Source: Eledone cirrhosa
Lineage: Eukaryota
Assembly: GCA_964016885.1 (NCBI GenBank)
Contig: OZ024740.1
Location: 51,460,001 to 51,524,000, forward strand
DNA: 64,000 nucleotides
Direction: 5' to 3'
In this document: piece after piece, positions 24,490 through 34,559 of the stretch
How the letters are laid out: every line of letters starts with the position of its first letter
How positions within the stretch are numbered: the stretch's first letter is position 1
Notes under the pieces: generated by a model
What the model was told of the DNA's origin: nothing
Database searches by the model: none
Seen by the model: only the letters and a program-made list of their open reading frames with translations
Translations under genes and position numbers: made by a program

Positions 24490-24800
24490 GTCTGTTTCGA
24501 CGATGAGCGTTCCCGTTGTTCGATCAACTAAACTGCCTGCTCATGAAATTAACGTGTAAGTGACTGAGCATTCAATAGGCAGGTGTTTCTGTAACAATTT
24601 TCAGGGAGATTCAGCTTGACACAGTGTGTGATAAGGTTAGCCCTTTCAATTATAGGTTTCTAAACAGTTTCCATGTACCAATTTCATTCATAAGGCATGG
24701 ATGAATCAACCCGAGGTATGATAAAAACACCTGCCCAAGATTCTACGCAGTTGGATCGTACAAGAGGCCTAGTAATTGCGAAGCCAACTTCTTAACCATT
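24490..24800 (-). mobile_element. Degenerate tRNA-derived SINE (family B)
   Basis: cacctgcccaag...cgcag...aacttcttaaccatt head; similar to 47270-47432 and 62695-62935. Confidence 0.55.
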
Positions 24801-24864
24801 CTGTCCGAAGAATATATATGCACCTACCCACTCTATATAAATGTGTTATTATTTAACCCCAGAA

Positions 24865-25057
24865 GGGCGGTGGATTGGCAGTATCGGTAGAGGGTCAGAC
24901 GCCATGCTTTCCAGCATAGTTACGTCCCTTTACGATCTGAGTTCAAATCCCGCCGAGGTTGACTTTGCCTTTCATCCTTACGGGGTCGATAAAATAAAGT
25001 ACCAGTAATAAAATAAAGTACCGGTAATTGCTGGCCTTGTTCCTAAAGTAGAAACAA
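24865..25057 (+). mobile_element. SINE family A with 16-bp TSD
   Basis: A/B boxes and family body; attatttaaccccaga flanks both sides. Confidence 0.9.
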
Positions 25058-25459
25058 TTATTTAACCCCAGATAAACCACAATCGAGCAAACCTATGACC
25101 AGAGGTATTCATGTACAAACCATCCCGTCATTTTAGGGGTAAATAGGGTTACATTATTCATTGTGTCCTTTGAGTTTTAAAGGTATTTAGGAAAGATTTG
25201 ACTGCTATTTCTAGTAGGCCGAGCGATCGTATAGTGGTCCCTCGTTAGAAATGTATACTAAAAAATTGTTTTATTAGGAGTAGATTATGTCTGTACATGA
25301 CGTTACGTGTTTATGTGTATCTTTAGCAGACTTCTTTCTAGTGCATGATTTGGTGAAGATCCAGGTTCTCGCAATCTTTTTTTTTCTGCAGATGTTCAAG
25401 GAAGCAATAAATCTACTAGTTTAAAATGACCCACAAAACATAGGGCATGACATGTCCTC

Positions 25460-25806
25460 CCTTGATTGATTTTATAAATTAGATTGAGAGGGATTGTAAA
25501 ATAAGAAAATATAAAAAATGGAAAAGGAAGGGAAAGGCAAGGGCTCTAGAATCACAGAAAAATGAAGAAGGGGAAGGGTGATGGGCTCTGGTCCTACGGC
25601 GCAGTGGTAATGAGGCTGTGCCCTCTGACAAACCGCAAAAGCATCCCCGAGGTCAATGGCCATCGACACTCGCTGCAACAGCCACCCATACTTCGCGAGA
25701 TCCTTCTTCAGACGAGACGCTGACGTTCCGATCTTGCGGAGGAACTCGGCAGTACAAGGTTCAAGTATGCCTGAGGTCTCGACGGCGACTGGTGCGAAGA
25801 GGATCT
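25460..25806 (-). mobile_element. 3' fragment of a CRE-clade-like non-LTR element (restriction-like endonuclease C-terminus)
   Basis: Minus frame ILFAPVAVETSGILEPCTAEFLRKIG...WLLQRVSMAIDLGDAFAV fits the FxPxAVETxG...LxQRxSxAIxRGNA pattern recalled for CRE elements; locally GC-rich. Confidence 0.7.
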
Positions 25807-25881
25807 ATTTTTTTTTTTTTTCATTAAATTGTTTTTACTATCATAAACATCAATTTACTACTGTAAATAAATCATTTCTTG

Positions 25882-26555
25882 GGCATAGGTTAACTATAAC
25901 GTTCGCGAAACTGAAAATGGATTTTCTGACAAGTGAATGTGTTTTTTTTATTTTTTACAATGAAATTTGCGATACACTCTTTGTTTATTTACAACAGGTC
26001 TCTATAGTGATATGGTGTTAATTAGTATTGCGTGTGTGATTATTTTCTCTTATATATATATGTGTGGGTGTGTATATGTGTGTATATATATGTGTGTCTG
26101 TATGTATATATATATGCGTGCTTGTATATATATATGTGTTTGTGTCATCATCATCGTTTAGATGTTTTTGTAATATCTTGCCAAAGTTGGCACCAACCAT
26201 AAACAAATTAAGGCCGGGTCATAAGAAGGACAGAGAATGATAAGGGATTTGGGTAAAAACATCTAAACGATGATGATGACACAAACACATATATATATAC
26301 AAACACACATATATATATACATACAGACACACATATATATACACACATATATATACACACATATACACACCCACACACATATATATAAGAGAAAATAATC
26401 ACACACGCAATACTAATTAACACCATATCACTATAGAGACCTGTTGTAAATAAACAAAGAGTGTATCGTAAATTTCATTGTAAAAAAAAAACAAACACAT
26501 TCACTTGTCAGAAAATCCACTTTCAGTTTCGCGAACGTTATAGTTAACCTATGCC
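25882..26555. mobile_element. Fold-back non-autonomous DNA element, ~290-bp TIRs, 9-bp TSD (Mutator/Merlin-like)
   Basis: Termini GGCATAGG...CCTATGCC; catttcttg at 25873-25881 and 26556-26564; arms 25882-26168 and 26255-26555. Confidence 0.8.
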
Positions 26556-26639
26556 CATTTCTTGATTTATAAATACACGCACAAACGCACATACGTATGT
26601 ATAATAGGCGTATGTATTATATAGAACAGTATTTGTTCC

Positions 26640-26790
26640 GGTTCTTTACGTTCTGAGTTCAAATCCTGCTGAAGTTCACTTTGCCTTTCATGCTTCCAAG
26701 GTCAATAAAATAAAATACCAGTCAAGTTGTGGGGTCGATACATTCAACCCCCCCCCCTTAATTGCTGGTCTTGTGCCTAAATCAAAAATC
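26640..26790 (+). mobile_element. SINE family A, partial
   Basis: ttctgagttcaaatcc...gcctttcatgc...gctggtcttgtgcctaaa. Confidence 0.75.
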
Positions 26791-26796
26791 ATATAT

Positions 26797-27116
26797 AGAT
26801 GTAAACAGAAACAACAACACAATCGGTACAGTATATGGAAGAGATATATTAGGTTAACGCTTGATATAGCAGGAAGAGGGTCTTAACGTTTCGGACGCTA
26901 GTCCTTCATCAGAAGAAAGAATGAGAAATAAGATAGATGGAGGGGACGGGCGGGTTGGAATTGAAAAAAAATATCTTTAGATAAAAATAACAGGTCCATT
27001 CATGTTGACATCTCTTGCAAAACTGTTGGTGCTGGCGTTTTGTGTATGATTTATTTTTTTAGAAATGGAAAAAAAAACGTTTTGTAAAAAGAGCTATACT
27101 TGTGCACGTGCGTAAG

Positions 27117-27180
<64 letters not shown>

Positions 27181-27290
27181 ACGTCCGTACGAAGCTAAGA
27201 AGAAATGTGTGTGTATAAGTGAGTAAAAGAGTGTGTGCATGTAAGTACGAAGCTATGAGCAAAAGTATGTTAATATAAGGGTGTGTATGT
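26797..27290 (-). mobile_element. Non-coding repeat carrying a hammerhead (probable PLE 3' end); second copy at ~50218-50665
   Basis: Co-linear similarity of gtaaacagaaa...cagtatatggaag...gtccattcatgtt...aagagctatacttgtgca in both copies. Confidence 0.75.
26881..26916 (-). ncRNA. Minimal type I hammerhead ribozyme with palindromic stem III
   Basis: tctt-CTGATGA-a-ggac tagc gtcc-GAAA-cgtt-aaga; AACGTT palindrome typical of dimer-forming PLE hammerheads. Confidence 0.8.
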
Positions 27291-27589
27291 GTGTATACAG
27301 AGCAGTGAAGGGAAAAGTGGAGTGAGCATATATAGTCGGCCTGTATTAGTTGTAAGAGAAGATGTTAATTACAGTATATAAAGAAGAAAACACAAAAAGG
27401 GTATGTTTTCAATTATGAGGGATAGAGAACCACTAGAGTGAAGAACATAAAGTCTACGAAAAGTGTGGAAAATACATAATAATTCAAAAGGTAGATTAAA
27501 ATGTACAGACCCACCTTTATAACTATAAAACACCTAGACAATCTCAAAGAAGTGAATGTTTTGCCTTAAACGGTGTTGGGGCCATAACC

Positions 27590-28515
27590 TCTCAGGCGAA
27601 CTAGCTTACAGATTTAGAATGGCCCTAGACAAGCTCAAATTAAATATTAAGATAGTTGAAAGACCAGGTATTCCCATAAAAACCTTAATTAGTAATAAAT
27701 ACCCATTTCAAAGATCTCCCTGTGGTGATAGGAAATGCATAGTCTGCAAGCTAAGCCTGCAAAACTAGGAACTTAGTACATAGCATAAGATGTACTGAGG
27801 GACAAGAACATAACATACATAGGTGAAACAGCCCTTAGCATAGGAGAAAGAATAAGTGAACACTGGCGAGAACTCCAGGATGGGAAAAACTCATCAGTAC
27901 TCTACCAACATGCCAAAATAGAACATAGGGGCACATTAGAAAACAGAGAGATCAAAATTATATCCACACACATAAAAGATGCAATGCTCAGACTAATCAC
28001 AGAGGCAACAAATATAAACAAACTCCAACCAAAATTAAAACATAACAACTAGTAATTAAGGACAAAATGAAGACATACAGACACACACAAAAAAACCAAA
28101 CTAACAAAACAAATCAGACGCACACACAGATAGAACAAACAACCAACTAGTGACAAGTAAATAAACACATAAATAAATAAATAAAAACACAGACACACAC
28201 CCAGATGTAACGCATGCGCAAACTAAGCACACAACACACAAAAACAAGATTGTGTAGGACAGAACAAAGGAGAGACAAAAATAAAAACCTAGTCACTGAG
28301 GAGGTCACAGAATGTGTGATGAAAAAGCTTTGACAATATATAAACAGCCATCCGGTTATTGAACCAACCAACCGGAAATTTATAATAAATTGAAGTGAAA
28401 TCCAACAGGTGCGTGTGTTTTTATTGGCAGCATGACCCTCCCAAAGTATAACAATATCTGTTTCAATACACGTTTTCAGATAAGAAATCTTGCAAAACAA
28501 TTTCAAAAACGAAGT
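27590..28515 (+). mobile_element. Older, diverged 3' fragment of PLE family 2 (GIY-YIG, pLTR, degenerate hammerhead at 28291-28335)
   Basis: GELAYRFR...KIVERPG..., YIGETA; agtca-CTGAGGA-ggtcaca/tgtgat-GAAA-aagctt-tgac. Confidence 0.88.
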
Positions 28516-28529
28516 ATATATATATGTAT

Positions 28530-28800
28530 ATATATTAGTAAAAAGGAAAAGAAAATGCTGACAGATTTTTTCCAGTGAAAAATAGTTTAATTAGGAATAA
28601 GTATAAATTAGTAATAAGTAATGGTTAGTATTCAGTGTTAGTTTTAAGTTTTTTACCGGTTGCGCATTTCAAATGCTTTTCAAAAATAATTTTGAGATAG
28701 AGCGTTCGTGATTTGGTTGGTTGTTGAATGTCACGTGAATAAGCACTATAATTTTGATTGGTCGGTAGAAGTCACGTGAATGTTCAATAATAAAAGAGGC
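28530..28800 (-). mobile_element. Diverged copy of the module forming the 17331-17730 palindrome, with variant hammerhead-like motif and CCAAT/E-box pair
   Basis: gaaaatgctgaca...tttaattaggaataa...ttttaccggttgcgcatttc..aaatgcttttcaaaaataattttgagatagag is shared with 17350-17510. Confidence 0.7.
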
Positions 28801-29886
28801 GAAATGATGTATAGTATTGTCATAACACCAAGGTGTGTGTGAGTGTGTCCAGATTGTACGTACTGCAAGGGAATCCATTAGGCCCTGCCGTATGGGATAC
28901 TTGTGGATAGAAATGTATGTAGGATGTATGTTGATGTAGGTATGTATGTGGACGTGTGTATGTTGTGGGTTCGTCTTAGGGAGAAGTGTTTAGACGGGGT
29001 CCGTATTTGTTAATAAAGTAAGATTCCTTGCTGATGCGCTGGGTGTGGGTATTAGCTTTAAATTTGTAAAGGGGAAAATATATATATATATATGTGTGTG
29101 TGTGTCAAGTTGCTCTTCAGCACTACTGAGTAACATGTAACTCAGTACAACCTGTACATGGTCAGGTTGTCGGTGACTAAACCAGTGAGGAGGGTGATTC
29201 TGGACACCCCGTGGGATGAAAAACAAAACCCATCAAAGAGCAGAGGAACTCAAGCGAGTCAATGGCCATCCATTGCTGGTGGGGTGTGAGAGACTCTTAG
29301 TCTTCATTAAGACATCTCCCTAGGAGAAGGTCACTCTCATATAAAACCTGTGACATTATTTGCATCCACTGATGTAAACCAGTTCTTCTTTTTGGGCAAA
29401 TGCATTCAATGTTCAGAAAGTGGGATCGGCCTGGTGCAAAGCCTTTCCTTACTTAAAAAAGCTTCAAGTACAGGCATCGCTTGATATGTGACATGTTTTG
29501 CGATGCATGGTATTGCTGGCCATAGGCAAGTTCTTAGCAGGACTAAAAAGCCATGTCTGTGATGCTCAAGCTTAAGTATCAAACGATGGCATTACTCAAA
29601 ATCGAGTTGCAGCCATTAAAAAAGTGACAAGTTGAGGTCAGACAGTATGTACCAGCAATGGCATATAGAGTAAACACTATATGGTAAGGTTGTGTTGTAC
29701 AAGCGCAATGACAGGAATCTGTGTTGTTTAGGAGAAGAGGCAGATGACAGAGTTGTTGAAATGCCAATGGAAGAATTGCTGTTGGCCCCTTGTTGAGAAG
29801 GTCGGAATGTTTGGCTAAGTGCTACATCTCTCTATTTGTCTCCTTTTTGAGAGATAAGAGCAGAATGTGTGTAGGAAAATAGTAAC

Positions 29887-29999
29887 AAGTATAAATCAAA
29901 GTTGTAGCTGCTGTATAGCGTACCATTGAGTGTTTGTGACTGCCTCAAACATTTTGATTGGTATCTGCTATACTGCGGCTACAACTTCGATTTATACTT
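29887..29999. repeat. ~113-bp hairpin
   Basis: aagtataaatcaaagttgtagctgctgtatagc..tgtttg / caaaca..gctatactgcggctacaacttcgatttatactt. Confidence 0.85.
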
Positions 30000-30393
30000 A
30001 TTATTATTATTATTATTATTATTGGCGACCTACGTAGTAAATCGTATCATCGTGAGCTCCGCAAAGGTTTGTTATTTCTGTTTGTTAAAAAATTGCCATT
30101 TATGGAAAATTTTTATTGCTAACTATATATAAGCGCACATACATTGTTTTCCGAAAAGGACACCCAAAAAGATTGGGGCCTTGTGCCCAAAATTTAAACT
30201 TTTATGATTATCAAAAAATTTCTTTGAAAAAAAATGGCTAATTCACCTCTGCAGCTGAGAGCCTTCCTCACAAACTAACACCTCACACCGACACCACCAT
30301 TGTAAATGTTACTACGTTTGCCAACATTAAAAATTTAATCAGTAGCAATATTTTAAATTTGTCTCAGGCAGACATTCATTTCCCGCCATTACC

Positions 30394-32150
30394 AATGACT
30401 GCAGGTGTTAAAGCCACCACCACCACCACTACCGCGACAACCACCACCCTCACCACCACCGCGACAACAGAAACAAAAGGAAAAAATAAATCAACTCGTG
30501 ATGTCGAAATGTTTTCAACCAAAATGGACTCTTCCAAAACGAACACCACTGACGTCACCACCACCACAACTGAAACTAAAATTAATAATAACAAAAATAA
30601 CGATAACAACAACAGCAACAATCACATTAAAAAAACCACCCTGAGTTTTGCCAGAGTAGCAAAACAGTGCGAAGCATTTACGGTAAATCAGGAGGAATTA
30701 GAAAATGCCAAAAAAATGGTAAAGAAAGATGGGTACAGGGTCAGCCTCCCCCCCCCCCCCCCACCTAATAAAATGGAGCACCGTATCGTATCGAACAATT
30801 AATGTAAAATCGCGCCGAGTGGAACGGGCATCCGAGTCCCAAATCTAAAAAGCTTTGGGACATGTGTGGGCAAGAAAAACCCACATCAGACGTGGGCAGA
30901 AGTATGGAACCGTGGACGTGTTCTTTGAAACACCAGAGGAGGCTAGAGAACACTCCATGGCCCCATTAAGAAGTGACAACTTCACACTCGTCCCAAGCTA
31001 TTGTGGCCAGAGACTCGTAAAGATCAGAGTGACCCACGTTCCACCGGCCATCGAAATTCCCTGACTAATAGTGGCCGTCCTCGCCGGCATCGAAGCCAAC
31101 ACAAAGATAATAGCAATAGCAAAAGAAAAGCAGGAGAACTGGTCCGGATCTGGGATGGAGCTCCTGATCCAAGCGGACCAAAAAAGCATTGAGGAGATCC
31201 CAGAGGTAATAGACCTCACTGATGGCAGCCACCTCACCGTAATTGTCGAGGGCAGAAGGCCTAGGTGTGTCGTTTGTAGTGAAGGAACCCACCTAAGGGC
31301 TTTCTGCCCTCAGGCTAAAAGGTTGAGGCCACCTCTCCTACCCACCCCAGTGACTCAACCATCAACACCACCAGTAGCAGAGATGGCAGCAACAACTGTA
31401 ACAGCAACAACAGAAGCAACTATAACAGCAACAACCCCAGCAACAGTAGCAAAACCAACACCACCACCACCCAACGCTTCAGAACTAGCACCAGCGCCTA
31501 CACCATCCACCACGCCACAACCAAAACTAACGCCTGTGGAGGATTTTCCACTCCCCGGCCTATCACAACTGGAGACAGATTGTGATGACGAGGAGTGGGA
31601 AACGGTATCAGGAAAAAAGAAAAAAAGAAACCAAAAAAGAAAAAATTCTCTTCCTTCCAAAAACAAAATACAGAGGAAAACAAATAAATTAACAAACAAA
31701 AAAGTTAGGACAGATATGCCACCATCCACACCAGCATCACCAACCCCATCACCCCAAACACCAACACCATCACCATCATTAACCCCAACACCACCACCTA
31801 CACCACAAAAGTCACCAAAATGCGAAACAGAAACAAACCCACAACAAACGCAAACAAAACAAAACAACCAAAACGATACACACTACACAGCATTAAATTT
31901 GAACAGCAACCAATTATTACACTACATCCAACACAACACCAGCATCACAGAAAAAGACTACACAACAACCCAAAAATTCACACCACCTCCACACATACAA
32001 ATCACTCGCATCACACAGAAAACGTACATGACACTAAAACAAAAATTCCCCAAAGACATCGGAGACTTCCGACAAGCGTCTCCAGGAGGATTTATAAGGA
32101 CATCCTTCCTGAGGAGGCCACAAGCAGTGAAAAGGATGGAAAAACCGTCC
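30394..32150 (+). pseudogene. Tx1/L1 ORF1 (CCHC knuckle, Pro/Thr-rich region); last codons displaced to ~34506-34520
   Basis: Frameshift at the C run ~30750 and TGA at 31062-31064. ...EKPS joins ctc tac gag aag taa after the RTE insertion. Confidence 0.8.
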
Positions 32151-32151
32151 T

Positions 32152-34505
32152 TCATCATCATCATCATCATCAACGTTTAACGTCCGTGTTCCACGCTTGC
32201 ATGGGTTTGGACGGGGGTAGTCCCACTTGAGGCAAGACTGATTGTCTTGCTCGCATAGGACTGTCTGGCAGGTTTTCTACAGTTGGATGCCCTTCCTAAC
32301 ACCAACCACATTTACAGTGTGGGTCTGGGAGGTTTTTACCGTGTTGCCTACACGGCCACATTACAGCGTGGACTGTCTGGCGGGTTTTCTACAGCTGGAT
32401 GCCCTTCCTAACACCAACCACATTTACAGTGTGGGGCTGGGAGGTTTTTACCGTGTTGCCTACACGGCCACATTACAGCGTGGACTGTGTGTTTTTTTGT
32501 CGTGACACCTACACGATCTCATTTGTTTCGGCCTCGGTGGCGCGGCACCAACATAACTTTACATAGAACGGGGTGGTGTGGATGGGGTGGGGGTGGGGTG
32601 GGTGGGACGGGGTGTATTTTGTTAGAGATGCCTACTGGCTGGAGTAGGTTTTACTATATATTTAGGTAAGGCGGGTCTTCTCTGTTACTGAGTACCGCCA
32701 AAGGTCTCGGTCCAGTGACATTGTCTTGGAGAGGTGTAAGTGTGTGATGTCGGAGTTTATCAGCTCGTCCCAGGTTTTTCTAGGTCTGCCTATTCCGTGA
32801 CTACCGTCTATCTTTATTGCCCTGCACTTTGTTATACAGCTATCGACTTTCATGCGCATCACGTGTCCATACCAACGTAGCCTTCTCTCGAGTAAACAAC
32901 ATCTGATCCCTCTTATCTCTAATTTTTTCCTTAGTTCGTTTATGCTTTGCCGTTCACGTATATTACTGTTACACATCCAGCGGAGCATGCAAGCTTCGTT
33001 CCTCTCTAGTCTGCGTATATCCTCTGCACACAATGCCCAGGTCTCACTGCCATGCAGCATTGCTGTTCGTATGCAGGCATCGTACAACCTGCCTTTCATT
33101 TTTAGTGAGAACCCTTTAGTAGCTAATAGTGGTATAAGCTCTCTGAACTTTTTCCAACCAGTTCTGACTCTAGCTACAGTACTTTCAGAGCACCCTCCCC
33201 CACTGCTGATTTTATCGCCCAGGTAACGGAAGCTGTCCACTATTTCTATAGAACCCTCTGCGCAATTGAAAGAGCTAGTAGTTTGTGGGCACTTGCTGCT
33301 ACTTATTGCACCAGAGCACCGGCCACATGTAAAATCTATGTTCTTAGTTAGCTTACCTGTGATCCCACTACATCTTTTATGCACCCATACTTTGCATTTA
33401 GGACATAAAATGGAGTTTCTACCTACGCCTTTCCTACACACCGAGCACGACCATTTCCCAGAAGGGACCGCCGCCTTGTTTTCTTTCCTACAAACTAGTA
33501 CTTTGGTCTTAGCCAGGTTAATTTTAAGTCCTTTTGACTCTAGGCCGTGCTTCCATGTTTGGAATTTCTTCTCTAGCTCGGCCATTGATTCCGCTATGAG
33601 TGTCAGGTCGTCTGCGTATAGGAGTTCCCATGGGCAGCCTGTCTTGAACTCCTCTGTTATAGCCTGAAGGGCAATAATAAATAGTAGGGGGCTGAGAACA
33701 GAGCCCTGATGGACGCCAACTTTTACGCTAAACTCTTCACTGTATTCGTTGTTAATTCTAACCTTGCTGACTGTTTCTTTATACATGGCTTGTATAGCCC
33801 TCACAAGCCATTCGTCAACGCCTAGTTTTCTAAGAGCCCACCAGATAATGGTGCGGGGGACTCTGTCGAAGGCTTTCTCCAAGTCGACAAAAGCTAAGTA
33901 GAGGGGTTTACCTTTAGCTAGGTACTTCTGTAGTTGTCGTACTATGAAAAGAGCGTCTGTGGTACTTTTGCCTGACACAAACCCGAACTGCATTTCATCT
34001 AGGTCAATTCTCTCTCTGATTAGTTGCGCTATTACTTTTTCCGTGACCTTCATGACCTGGTCGATTAATTTAATGCCTCTATAGTTACTCCTATCTAGGG
34101 CGTCTCCTTTACCCTTATAACAGTTAACGATGATGCTGCTATGCCAGTCCTTCGGAACAACCCCATTCTGTACGACTTGGTTAACTATGCGGGTGACCAT
34201 GGTGTGTCCCACCGTGCCAGATGCCTTCAGCATCTCAGCAACTATTTCCGAAGGCCCAGCCGCCTTACCCGTCTTCATATCCTTGATTGCCTTACTTATT
34301 ATACTCCCCTCGACTAACACTGCTGGTCCCTCTATTGGGTCGATATGGGGGAGACTGCCTTTCTCCCAATTATTCTCCTCATTTAGTAGCCTTTCATAGT
34401 GACACTTCCAAGCTACCTTCTTATCAGCGTCGGTGATGGCAAGTGTGCCATCGTCGTTTAGTACACACTTCTCCCCGACAATATCACGGTTTTCCTTGAC
34501 GCATT
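32152..34505 (-). mobile_element. 5'-truncated RTE LINE nested in the Tx1 element; near-identical to 5541-7801
   Basis: ORF 32662-34548 matches ORF 5410-7449 almost residue for residue; (GAT)n tail at 32152; ~110-bp tandem duplication in the 3' UTR. Confidence 0.95.
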
Positions 34506-34559
34506 CTCTACGAGAAGTAAGGTAAGTGGTCTTTCCCATCTTTTCCACTCCATTTCAAC

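Noticed and set aside
24865-24955. tRNA genes at SINE heads (also 39032, 56562, 57430, 58962)
   Set aside because: A/B boxes are too widely spaced or degenerate and are followed by SINE body, tail and TSDs.
25889-25905. taactataacg resembling an rRNA / homing-endonuclease site
   Set aside because: Only an ~11-nt match inside a transposon TIR, with no surrounding rRNA similarity.
31355-31867. 170-aa Gly/Val-rich minus-strand ORF
   Set aside because: Antisense shadow of the Pro/Thr-rich Tx1 ORF1.
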